IMG/VR virus record: IMGVR_UViG_3300030419_003532
Coordinates: 588-64,587 of that record
Strand: one strand, 5' to 3'
DNA length: 64,000 nucleotides
From: a virus
Taxonomy: Duplodnaviria; Caudoviricetes
In this document: positions 27,501 to 38,100 of the stretch, piece by piece
Position numbering within the stretch: the stretch's first letter is position 1
Layout: every line of letters begins with the position of its first letter
Translations under genes and position numbers: made by a program
Notes under the pieces: model-generated
The model's database searches: none
What the model was told of the DNA's origin: nothing
The model's input: only the letters and a program-made list of their open reading frames with translations

Positions 27501-28921
27501 ATTCTCCTAAAAAAGTTCCTATGGAAGAGCATGCTATGTATTATGAGTTTGGTCATGTAGGACAAATAGGGTTAGATTATGATGGCAATAAAGTTCATAA
27601 AAGAATGTCAGGTTCTTATAAGAGTCAAAGTTTTTCTACACATCCTTTATCAGTATGGGGAGCAAGTACAGGCCCTGCGACAGGAAGATTTACAGCAGGT
27701 GATGTTTATTATAAATATAGAACGACAACATCACAAAAACTTAATACTTTTGTTGAGTCTTTCCATTATTCAGATAGGTTTAAATCTGATTATTATGATA
27801 AAGGAAGACCTAATGCTGTTTTACAAGACTTTAAAAGAGTACGTAAACATTCTACATGTTTATATTCAGACCCTTATATTCCTAATACAAATATAAATGG
27901 ATTAAGTTCTTTTTATCCAGATGTTGCATTTGCTGAATTTGAAAGAAGTAATAACTCAATACAAAAATTACATACTAGAGATAATAAATTAATTATCTTT
28001 CAGGAAGATAAAGTTTCTGCATCTTTAGTTAAAAGAGATATTATTTATAACGTAGATGCAACTGGGAATGTCGCTACTTCAGATAATGTTTTATCTCCTG
28101 CTATACCATATGCTGGTAATTATGGTATAAATAAAAATCCAGAATCTTTTGCTTCTTTTGGTAATAGAATGTATTTTGCTGATATAAGAAGAGGTTGTGT
28201 AATTAGATTATCTCAGGATGGATTTACAAAAATTTCTGAATATAAGATGAAGGAATATTTTACAGATAAATGTACTCATATATATAACTCTATATCACAT
28301 GACCATCATCCATATTTTGTTTATGGTGCATATGATTCTAGATTTAGTGAATATATAATTTCTTTTTCTGAACATATACACGGAAATCCATATTCAGGAT
28401 ACGCTCCTATATATGCGGAGACCTTAGGATTTTGTGAAGATATTAATAAATGGAGTTCTTTTTATAGTTATCAACCTGAATATATGTGCTCTATAGCTAC
28501 AAATTTATGTACTTTCAAAGATGGGCATATTTATAGTCATAATCATGAAGGAGCTGGTTCAGGATATAACAATTTTTATGGAGTAGACTATCCAAGTGAT
28601 TTATGGATAGTTAGTAATCAAGAGCCTTCTAATAATAAGGTTTATCAAGCATTTAGTCAAGAATCTGATGATATTTGGAGTGTAGATTTTGTTTCTCCAA
28701 ATGGTCAGGAGTCAAACTTAATAGTTCAAGATTTTCAGACAAGAGAAAATATGCATTATAGTAATATATATAATGACACTAATAGTCCTGGAGGATTAAT
28801 AGAAGGAGATAGAATGAGAGATGCTAGCATGTTAGCTAAATTATCAATACAGTCAAATGTATTAACTAGATTATTTGCAGTTAACTTTAATATTGTACCT
28901 AGTTATAGAAGTAATAAATAA
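24503..28921 (+). CDS. Tail nozzle / stabilization protein (P22 gp10-like, crAss muzzle-like)
   Basis: 1472 aa; YRKAINCRI, LYWTDDFNPPRKIN, GNRLVYGN, FGLVYYD, YGINKNPESFA, RLSQDGFT.IS, WSSFYSY.P. Confidence 0.75.
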   Translation: MAIEKKIFSGGGMDFDTDQRFIAQTDYRKAINCRIALSDEGNQGIVENIRSNFRIDNTLINSDDICIGAYEDKDGDKIYFFIWAAPGGTHGIYSYDPLTQTTEVILQNSLLNFDRWHLITGVNVIGTDEDIFPEGLLYWTDDFNPPRKINIFKARTGGYSAVDFQVLDAIKYPPLKHPSISDFKTDISVENNQLKEKSWQFKYRWIYDDLEKSAWSPMSINVCDESFNPEFNPAGTVSYENNCIGVYFNTGHPIVQRIQIAVRNTNGTDDFVLVADIDKDNVNEMVTSSLPATFNGPSSLTLDTSLADNQNRWFIFYNDSVSSMVNVVESNKLYDNVPHLAKAQEVVDGNRLVYGNVESGQTVDKQIDTRLSPTHPVEASVGGVITDHILPNGEYQIFSQHYAGNSQGNRKWRGKAYIRWKFPDVSEGCRARYKIRMENFWFAGAYAHGTNSQASYCGFGSPYHHGFVISADIDYTSQQFSVYDTVPEMIDIMVNELNNSGSPIVEVVERHKSAGGTADRLQTVGYMDELNLHHYEFTNEVIGGENYLQLKIQTNGTMRYNWSTYMNQEIYSLDRQRWNAGGGICGNNCGIDGWRSQNNGNYGNGYITLGTDYTWIEQLYDFHWNPHGLVHMIGGQDIPEHHTWNSWCTWGAMGNIEHCGTDDYTGTSSWAIIHGKILRNYKYPGTNAKRTKIWGKGIGYTEPNWFWWRARHNEFLSGNHVSENLFLFEETCADTDFRKVVPSFKSGAKHRFGLVYYDRANRSSSVQLGKRSDVYIPKVAESTSADPLGWTGEWHVDWEIHHSPPDWATHYQWVYGGNMLTDNFIHFVCEGIYDGIHAVKDSGRTHATTSGETYAVPEGTYRDNLLVDITNIRRFARKYSGEVVHYDFVPGDILRFVLDETDQPCVNSPYEFKIVGVVGEGEFKHILASTEGENNTAGASGTWEQDDGIGGQPGQPKDFLLLSREVVLTEAAAGGPFQVDSTIDSGHNNPIYRGYNMEIYSPKKVPMEEHAMYYEFGHVGQIGLDYDGNKVHKRMSGSYKSQSFSTHPLSVWGASTGPATGRFTAGDVYYKYRTTTSQKLNTFVESFHYSDRFKSDYYDKGRPNAVLQDFKRVRKHSTCLYSDPYIPNTNINGLSSFYPDVAFAEFERSNNSIQKLHTRDNKLIIFQEDKVSASLVKRDIIYNVDATGNVATSDNVLSPAIPYAGNYGINKNPESFASFGNRMYFADIRRGCVIRLSQDGFTKISEYKMKEYFTDKCTHIYNSISHDHHPYFVYGAYDSRFSEYIISFSEHIHGNPYSGYAPIYAETLGFCEDINKWSSFYSYQPEYMCSIATNLCTFKDGHIYSHNHEGAGSGYNNFYGVDYPSDLWIVSNQEPSNNKVYQAFSQESDDIWSVDFVSPNGQESNLIVQDFQTRENMHYSNIYNDTNSPGGLIEGDRMRDASMLAKLSIQSNVLTRLFAVNFNIVPSYRSNK

Positions 28922-28953
28922 TTTGGAGGTTTAATAAAAAATAATTATATTTG
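28922..28953 (+). promoter_or_regulatory. SigmaA-type promoter
   Basis: TTTG 28922-28925 + 20 nt + TATATTTG 28946-28953. Confidence 0.75.
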
Positions 28954-28970
28954 TAATAATTAAAGTAAAT

Positions 28971-29489
28971 ATGAAATTAGAGAAAAAATCAGACTTATTA
29001 ACTAAGTCAATTAGGAAAAAAATATTTGATATTGAAGACTCTATAAAATCAAATGTTAATCCTAAATATAAAACGTTTTTTAATGACACAAAAAATTGTC
29101 CTTTAAAACATTATTTCTCTGATGGTATATATGTTAGGGAGATATTTATTCCTAAAGGGATGATTATTGTTGGTAAGATACATAAACATAGACATCCTAA
29201 TTTTCTTTTAAAAGGAAAAGTTATGGTTATAACAGAACAAAAAGGAGAAGAAATAATTGAAGGCCCTTGCTTTATGATGTCTGAAGGTGGGACAAAAAGA
29301 GCTCTTTATGCAGTTACAGATTTGGTATGGACAACTATTCATCATAATCCTACAAATACTCAAGATTTGGATAAAATAGAAGATATAGTAATAGCAAAAA
29401 ATTATAATGAATATGAAAAATTTATATCTTCTGAGAAGAGCGTAGTTAAAAAAATAAAAAATAAAATAATTAAAATGTTAAGTTTATGA
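28971..29489 (+). CDS. Cupin-fold protein
   Basis: HYFSDGIYVREIFIPKG..IVGKIHKHRH...GTKR...WTTIH. Confidence 0.7.
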   Translation: MKLEKKSDLLTKSIRKKIFDIEDSIKSNVNPKYKTFFNDTKNCPLKHYFSDGIYVREIFIPKGMIIVGKIHKHRHPNFLLKGKVMVITEQKGEEIIEGPCFMMSEGGTKRALYAVTDLVWTTIHHNPTNTQDLDKIEDIVIAKNYNEYEKFISSEKSVVKKIKNKIIKMLSL

Positions 29490-30322
29490 GTTGGGTAGCA
29501 GCAGGTGTATCCGTAATAGGCGGTATTGTACAATATTCTCAAGGTAAATCACAGCAAGCAGCAGGGGAAAGAATGGAGGCTAATCTTAATAAGCCTGTAT
29601 TTCAAATACCAAGAGAAATAGAACAAAATATGTCTTATGCGGAAAAGATGGCGTTCCAAGGATTGCCTGAAGAGCAGAAGCAGCAATATATACAGAATCA
29701 GCAAAGACGAATGCAGACTGCTATGATGAATGTTACAGACAGAAGAGGAGGTCTAGGAATGGTATCTCAACTTGCAGCTGAAGAAAGTCGTTCTAATATA
29801 GGATTAATGCAGGCAGATGTTGCTGCTAGGCAAGCTAATATGGAAAGACTTATGCAGAGTCGTCAAGTAATGGCTGATTATAGAATGAAAGGTTTTGAAC
29901 ATCAATATAATCAATATTCTGCAGATTTAGATTACGCTAGAGCAATGCAGGGTGCTGGACAACAAAACGTTATGGGAGGATTTTCAACTGCATTAGGTGG
30001 TCTAGCAACTGGAGTGGCTGGATATGTAGGTAATATACAGGCAGGTAAACAGCATGCAAGAGATATGGAGTTAATAAAAGAAATTAATAAGGGGACTATT
30101 AGTGATAGAAAATTAAAACAAAATATAGTGTTTATTAAAAAGTCACCAAGTGGGCTAAATATATATAACTTTGAATATAAAGATAGTGAGTTTGGTACTG
30201 GTGTTTACCAAGGTGTTATGTCTGATGAGATACCACAAAGTGCGGTTATTAGAAATAATAATGGTTATGATATGGTTGATTATAGTAAAATAGATGTTGA
30301 TTTCATTAAAATAAAGAATTAG
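29486..30322 (+). CDS. Ejection/pilot protein with C-terminal peptidase S74-like chaperone domain
   Basis: Gly/Ala hydrophobic termini and Gln-rich helix; SDRKLKQNI...IYNFEY...GVMSDE...VDYSKI. Confidence 0.65.
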   Translation: MSWVAAGVSVIGGIVQYSQGKSQQAAGERMEANLNKPVFQIPREIEQNMSYAEKMAFQGLPEEQKQQYIQNQQRRMQTAMMNVTDRRGGLGMVSQLAAEESRSNIGLMQADVAARQANMERLMQSRQVMADYRMKGFEHQYNQYSADLDYARAMQGAGQQNVMGGFSTALGGLATGVAGYVGNIQAGKQHARDMELIKEINKGTISDRKLKQNIVFIKKSPSGLNIYNFEYKDSEFGTGVYQGVMSDEIPQSAVIRNNNGYDMVDYSKIDVDFIKIKN

Positions 30323-30324
30323 AT

Positions 30325-32118
30325 ATGGCGATAAAATACCCAGGGAGTACTGGAATAGGAATAGGATACGGGAAGGCTCAAGTATATGATTTTTCTAAAA
30401 TTAGTGAGGGAGCTCAAAAAGTGGCCGCTTCATTTAGAACAAAGAAAAAATCAACAAAAGATTCTAGCGATAAGCTATTAAAAGCTCTTTCAGATGTTGA
30501 TATTTCAAAAGTAAGAAATGCTGATGTTCCTTGGTTTACCGAAGAATTTAATTCAATATTAGAAGACCAACAAAAATATATGATGACAGGAGCTAGTGTT
30601 GATGGTCTTCATAATGTACCTCTTTTAAAAAGAATAGCTCAATATAAACATAAGGTTGCTCAGTCTGTTATGGCTAAGGATAATTATGATAAGATGATAA
30701 ATCAGTATAGAACTAATCAAGATGATTATGGAAATGAGGATAACGAATTAGGTCTTGCTGGTCAGCACGAAACACCTATGTTTTTAGGGCAAGACTATAA
30801 TCCTGCATGGATTGGAACTGAAGAAAGTAGTGAAGATGTAGTTGTAGAAGGAGGGTATAGGCGTGGAGATATTGTGGAAGGAACTCAGATTGACCCTGAA
30901 AATGTAAGAGAAAATAGAGAAATGCGTGCTGGTAAAAAGGATTATTTTAAAATATATAATAATCTTGTAAAAGCACAAGAGAGAGGAAGAAAATTAAATG
31001 AAGAAGAACTTGCGGAATTAGAGGAGGCTGCAAATGCAATACAAAATGATGACCAATTATGGGATTCAGAAGCTGGAGCATTTAGACATAATGTAGACCA
31101 AACAGAAACAGTAACTACAGAGGCTATACCTGGGGCTGGTAATTTTAGATTAAATCCTAATTTAAAGATTGAGGAGCACTTTAAAAAGATTGCTGATAAT
31201 CTTAATGCTACTGAAATAACACGAACTGTAGGAGGTAAATATTCATTAGGGTCAGGAACTAATGTTCAGTATTTTGATGAATTAAGTCAAGTAGGAGAAG
31301 CCCAATTAGAGGCAGCCGTTGACCAAGTTTTACAAACACATAATTATCCTGATGAATTAAAAGCAGAATTACAAAAAATTGCTGGAGAAGGGGGAGATGT
31401 TAGAGAGTTTGTAAAAGAGAAACTTAGAGGAATGACTTCTGAATCTAAAGGTATACAAGCTATACAAAGACCTCCATCATATATTCAAGTAGGAGAGAAA
31501 AGAGAAGCTGCTTCTGGACAGTCTTTAGCTCCTGAAACTTATCAGTATCACGGTCAGAGAAGAGATGAAAATGGAAATATGGTTGTTGTAGAAGGTATTA
31601 AATATAGTACACAAGTAATAGGCACGGAAGGGGAAGACGACTTTAGGCAGGGACATAGATTTGATTTTGGAGGAAAATCTATGGATATAAGACCTGGCGA
31701 GGCAGGATTTATGGTTCTAGAAAAAGGAACAGGAGAGGGAGCTTCAAATCCAGGATATTATACAGAGAGTAGAAATATTAAATTCATTCCTAATGCTATT
31801 GCTTTCTATCATACAGCAAAAGAAGATGTTTCTGTTGTTATAAATGGAATACAACAAACTTATAAAAAAGGTGAAATGCTAGATGATGATGCTGTAGCAA
31901 ATATGGAAGCAGAAGATTATGTTATTCTTCCATGGCTAGAAGGAAAGAATGATGATGGAATGACTATATCTATAGGATTTAATCAATCTGTACATGATGC
32001 ATTTGCTTCTTGGGCTAGTGCAACTCCAAAAGATAAAGAAGTGTATAGAAATATAATTAGTAGTACTGGTATAGACCCTGCAAGGGTTGCACAATCTAGA
32101 ATTAAAAAAGACGAATAA
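30325..32118 (+). CDS. Internal virion (ejection) protein
   Basis: Position between the pilot and the giant protein; helical. Confidence 0.55.
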   Translation: MAIKYPGSTGIGIGYGKAQVYDFSKISEGAQKVAASFRTKKKSTKDSSDKLLKALSDVDISKVRNADVPWFTEEFNSILEDQQKYMMTGASVDGLHNVPLLKRIAQYKHKVAQSVMAKDNYDKMINQYRTNQDDYGNEDNELGLAGQHETPMFLGQDYNPAWIGTEESSEDVVVEGGYRRGDIVEGTQIDPENVRENREMRAGKKDYFKIYNNLVKAQERGRKLNEEELAELEEAANAIQNDDQLWDSEAGAFRHNVDQTETVTTEAIPGAGNFRLNPNLKIEEHFKKIADNLNATEITRTVGGKYSLGSGTNVQYFDELSQVGEAQLEAAVDQVLQTHNYPDELKAELQKIAGEGGDVREFVKEKLRGMTSESKGIQAIQRPPSYIQVGEKREAASGQSLAPETYQYHGQRRDENGNMVVVEGIKYSTQVIGTEGEDDFRQGHRFDFGGKSMDIRPGEAGFMVLEKGTGEGASNPGYYTESRNIKFIPNAIAFYHTAKEDVSVVINGIQQTYKKGEMLDDDAVANMEAEDYVILPWLEGKNDDGMTISIGFNQSVHDAFASWASATPKDKEVYRNIISSTGIDPARVAQSRIKKDE

Positions 32119-32121
32119 TAT

Positions 32122-35100
32122 ATGCTTGTAGAAGAACAAAAATATGCTAATGTATCCGAAGGGATAAAAAGTATTTTTCAGCTTAACAAAAAAGAAGAAG
32201 ATGAAGGAGATGTTAAAAATGAAAAGTATAATAAAGATGTAGATATTACTTCTTTAAGTGATTCGGATTTGACTCCTTTACAATTTGCAGCTAAAGAGCT
32301 TGCTTTAACTATGTCTGATAAACCTGATATAACTGATGAAGAAATTTTTGAGTTGTTTCCAGAGTTTAATAATAATCCTGATATTTTAAAATCAGCTAAA
32401 AGCATGGCCTTTACTTTTGGAGGAGATGCCTTAAAAAAAAAAGATACAACTGTCGTTTCCGAAGATTCTTCAGAAGATGTAGAAAACTTAGAATCAGAAA
32501 CCCCTTCTACTTCAAAAGATAGACAAACATTAGATAATATAACATCCAAATGGCCTGCCTTAAAAAATCTAGGTGATATTGTTTTAAACCCAGATGAATC
32601 TTATGATATGTCTGAATATGGTGCGGGATTTATAGAATATCAATCACCTGAACAAGGAGCAGTAACTTATGCGGAAGGAGTAACTTTAGAACATCCGTCA
32701 CCTGGAAATCACGCTATTACTTATAATCCTAATAAAACTAACGAACAATCTATTAAGTTAGATATGCTTCATGCTATGCATTCTATCCCTGAATATAAAG
32801 GGCTTTATGATGAATTTGCAACATCATTCAAATCGTCTAAATTTGAAGGAGAGATAAAAAGAAGTTATAAAGCATCAAAAGCTGAAGGTTATAAAGATAG
32901 TTATGAAGTTTTTGAAACAAATTTTATTGATGGAATTATAAGAAACTTATTGTTTGAAGGTACACCAGAAGATTTTAAAAAACATAAATACTGGGATAAA
33001 GCTAGTGAAGTATATTTATCTGATGAAAATATTAAATCATCTTTTAATGAATTAAAAACATATTTAGAAACAGGAGGTGAAGAAACAGAAAAAGTAGAAT
33101 TTTCAGAAAAAGATTTAAAAAGAGCTCAATCTTATATAGACAAAGATTTTGCTGCAGATGAAACTGTTAATAAAGAAGCTTATGACTATTTACTTAGTCA
33201 GCAAAAACCTCAAAAAGAAATCATACCAGAAATCCCTTCAGATTTTGATTCTGATGTATTTAAACAAGGAATTATAAGAAGCGAGGCTACAGGGTATTTA
33301 ACAGGAACTCCAGACAATTTAGATGATAAAGATTATTCTATAAGTAGTAAACATTCTTCTGCTGTTGGCCCTTATCAAATAAGATATAATGAATTTAAGG
33401 ATATATTAAAAGATAAATGGGGAATAAAATCTAAAAAAGAATTTATAGGTAATAAAAAAGTTCAGGAAGAATTTATGAGTTATATGCTTGAAAATAAACC
33501 AGGCAGATATACTTATATGGCTAATAGGATTCAAAAAGATTATAGCGAATATATTCCTAAAGACATGAGTTATCAGGATTTAGTATCCTTACAGCATTTT
33601 ATCGGACATGGAAATTCAAGAAAATTATTTGCTAAAGTTAGAGATAATAAAGATTTTAACTCTGAGGATGTATATGATTTTATTCCTAAAGGAAAAAATA
33701 TGAGTGTTGGAGATTATCTTAAAAAGATGAGCGTTCCTAAAAAATCAAAAGAGAAAGAAGAACCTACTGGCATGCTTGATAAATATGGGAATTATATAAA
33801 TCCCTTAGACGACCCTAATTTAACTGCTGGTGGTGACGATGCAGTTCAGGCATATGTTAATTCTCAGATTGACGATGATGAAGAAGAAGAAAAAAAGAAG
33901 AAGAAAAAAAGCGGAATTAGATATGTAGAAGTACTAGATGCTGACGGAACTCCTATAAAAATACCTGAAGGTAGACCAGGACAATCTTCAGAAGAGTATC
34001 GTAAAGAGTTAAATGAGGCTTTTGAGAGTCTTGCTAATTCAGAAACTATAGAGGAAAATAATAGAATTAAAAAAAGCCTTGGATATAATATTATTGACAG
34101 AGCTAAAGAGCATGGCACTACAATAACTGCTGAAGAGTTTCAAATTGTATTAGGAGATGCTTATCAAAAATTTGAAGAAAGCAGATTAGAGACTTATCAA
34201 AAAGTTATAGAATCTATTGATAATAATAAAGATATGAATCCTTTGAATAAAGGCTTTATAGCTAATGTAACAGAGTTAGTTAAAACTGAACATCTTTATA
34301 CTCTTCATAAAGCTCTTATGGAAAGAAATATTGATTTACATCCTTCTCAAATTGATTCAGAAAGATTAAAGATTCTTCCTCATGTATTGCATCATTATTA
34401 TAGTAAATTAGGAGAAGGGGATGCTTATCAAGAATTTGTAAAATATATTGAGGAAAAAGGTGGTCTTGAAGAGATACATAAGTTAAATGTTGAAGCTTGG
34501 CGTTCCGCAATTGGAGGTGAACAGATGGTTATTTCAAATGAATTAATGGGAGGAGGAGTAATAGAAGATGCTTTTGGAGATATTAAAGATATGACTCCAG
34601 CTGAAAGAAGCAAGTATATTATAAACGCTGCTCATCATATATTAGAGAGAGAGAAATATGATGATATACCAGAGTCATGGATTTCGGAAGTAGCTAATGT
34701 AATAGCAAATAAATATCATAAGGAATCTCCAGAATATAAGGATATTGAAGAAGAAGCAAGAGTAGCAGCCTTAGCCGTATATAATGAAGAAAATAATACT
34801 GATTATGATACTCCTGGAGTTGAGATACAAGGGTTTCAACAAACAATAATGGAATTAAATGAATCTGATTTAACAGTTCAAGAAAAAGTTAATATAATAA
34901 AAGATAAACATAATATTATTGTAAAAGCTAATGGAGCATGGAAATGGACAGATGATTATAAAAATGTTTTAAATGATGTAATACAGAAATCTGACGATAA
35001 AGTTTGGAAAAAATATGTGAAAGATAATGGAATGGAAAAATTTCATCTTGCAGAAGTATTTGAAAATTCTTTAGCAGGACAACTATTTACTTTGTTTATA

Positions 35101-38100
35101 GACAGGCCAATAAATCCAGAATGGGGAGTTGAATATAGCGAATTAGAAAACTTTATAATTGGGGTTGGTTCTGTAGCTTTTGATTTAGCAATACCCGTTA
35201 TAGGTAGTGGTGTAGGTAAGGTTAAAAGCGTTAAAATTGCTCAACAAAGAGCTTGGCTTAACGAGCAAAAACTTATAAAAATTCAACAATTTAGAAACCA
35301 GGGAATGAAAGGTAAGCAGTTACAAAATGCAATTATAAGAGCTGATTTAGCTATGGAGGCTCAGCTTGCAAAATATGCAACTAAAACTGGATATTATTCC
35401 TCTGCTGCTACTTTAGGTACTTGGTTTGCGGCTATGGATATGACTGCTCAATATAAAGAAACTCATGATGTTACAGAGATACATTATTCAGATGTTTTAT
35501 TAGAAGGAGCGAAGGGAGGTGTTTTAGGGCCAGTAACTTTTGGAATAGCTAGAGGAACACAAAGAATTAATAAGTATGTTAAAGATAGAGGGCTCCCTCT
35601 TATTATAGAGAAACCTCTTCTTGGATATACTTGGTTTCAAGGTGTTGCAGTTGAAGCAGGGGCTTTTATGACAGCTGAATCAATAGCACATGGTACAGCT
35701 CCTAGCTTTGAACTTTATAAAGATAATTTAGCTTTTATATTAGGTCTTAGGTTTGCTAAAATGCCTTTTACTCTTGCACAGCATGAGGCTTGGGATTTTA
35801 AAAAATCTAATAAAGGCCCTTATAGTTTTAAACTTACGGAAGCAGAAAGAGAATATATGGGTATAGACTCTAAACTTAATGATGCACAAGTTTATAATGC
35901 TTTAGTTAGAGAAATGAATAAATCTGAAAAAAGTGCTGAGGCTATGATGAATATTATGCCTATGAGTGTATTAAGTAAATATATTTGGGCTAATGTAGGA
36001 GGGAAAATTAATTTAAGTAATCCATTAGATGCTGTAGGAGTAGAATACAGGTCTGTTGAAGGAAAGCCTAATGTTGTGGAAGCTGTTAATTCTCAAGGAG
36101 AAGTTCTTTTTGTAGAAAGATTTAAATCTGAAAAAGAAGTTATTGAGTATATAAATAAAAAGAATACTGAAGCTCCAGGGGTTATAGCAAGAGAAATCCT
36201 AGAAAAGGATGTGTTAACGATAGAAAGTAAGGCTAAGCTTAAAGCTGCATTAGATAAATTAGGGGTAACAAGAGAAAGGGCTGAAGAGATACTTAATCAA
36301 GAAAAGAAAAACCCTGAAGAGCAAGTTGTATCAGATGCTGTCTCTGAAGCTGTAAAAAATGTTTATGCTGAACAAAAAACTAAACAAGACAAACAACAAA
36401 AAGAATTTGATGATGCTATTAGAGAAGAAGCTGTTAAAGTATTAGAAAAAAATAATATTACAAAAGAAAACCCAAACTGGGATGAATTATTAGCTAAAGA
36501 AATATTAACTCAAACAGAAAAAGCATTAAAGCAAGCAGAAGTAATTCAAACAGAAAAATTAAATAAGGCTGCAGAAATACTGTTAGAACAAGAACAAAAA
36601 GAAGCAGCTGGAATTAAGGAGACTGATAACTGGATGATAAGGGTTAATTTAGCTTTGGGTAAAAAACCTGAAGCTCCTATTGAAGTAACTGCAGACAATA
36701 TAAAGATTCTTAGAGAAAGTGCTATTACAGATAATCAAAAGGCTGCTGTTGAGGATATTATTAAAGCTACCGAATCTCTAAAAAACTTAAAAGGAAAAGT
36801 TATTGTTCATACAGATAATGCAAGTTATCAACAAGTATTAGACGCTGTTGAAAAAGGAAATATAGCTAATGTTACTGGTGGTCATAGGAATTTAAAAACT
36901 GGAGATATACATTATAATTTAAATGCGGTTAATAAATGGACTGCCACTCATGAAGCGGGACATGCATGGACTGAAACTATTAGAGAAAAGAATCCTGAAA
37001 AATATCAAAAGATTGAAGATAAGGTTTATGAGCTTATTAAAGATACTCCTGAATATGCTGGTATATTAGATTTTATATCTACAAAAACAGAAGGAGGAGA
37101 ATTTGTTTATAAGACAGAGCAACAACAAAAAAATGAAGCTTTAGTAGAATTTTCTGCTAGAGTAGCTAAAGGGGATTATAAAATAAAAGAAAATAATAAG
37201 TTTGTAAATAAAGCTAAGATACAATTAAATAAATTAATGGAAAGTATTGGGGTGGAATATAGATTTGCTACTAATGATGAAGTTATAAGTTTTGTAAATA
37301 AAATATCTAAGCAAGTAGGAAAGGGCAAGGTTCTTGAAGAGCAGGTACTTATAGAAGGGTTTAAAGATGAAGCTAATTTAACCAGAAGAGAAGAGGTTAG
37401 TAAAGATATGCCAAAGAATCAGCTTAGAGTAAACCAATCTAAAAAACAATTTGAAAAAGAGATTAAAGATATAATAGAAAAGAAAAAAGGTTCCTTCGCT
37501 AATATTACCGCTCAAAATCCAGGAGCAAAAGAATTATCTCCTGCAGAAAATGCAGAACGAAATAAAAAATTATATTCTAGGTTAGTAGAAATGGGATATA
37601 AACCTATTCTTATTCAAGGGAAGCATGGGGTGGCAGAAGATTCTTTTTATGTTAAAGGAATAACTATAAAAGATGCTGTAAAATTAGGAAAAGAATTTGG
37701 TCAAGAATCTGTTGCTCATAGTGAAGGTTTATTATATACTAGCGGTAAGAATGAAGGTAAAATGCAGAAATCTACGGGTAAGGTTGAGTTTAATCAAGAT
37801 GTAAAAGATTATTATAGTATTATAGAAACTAAAGAAGGAGGATATAAATATCAAATTGGGTATGAAGAAAGTTTTGAAAATATTCCTTATGAACAAGTAA
37901 GAGGAGAGTATACTTATTCTTCAATGGTTCGTGGAGAGAAAGCAGGTAGGAAAGAAAGTGATTTTAATGCTGGTATTGAATCTATTAAAGAAGGTTATTC
38001 TGATAATATTATGAGTATTGAAAAGAAATATGGTACTTCAATACCAGGAGATAAACAAAAAAATAAAGAAATTAAAAGGGTTAAAAAAGATTTAATAAAA

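Noticed and set aside
33241-33255. DFDSD in the giant protein, resembling the RNAP DxDxD motif
   Set aside because: It sits in a linker directly before the lysozyme-like segment, with no double-psi barrel context visible
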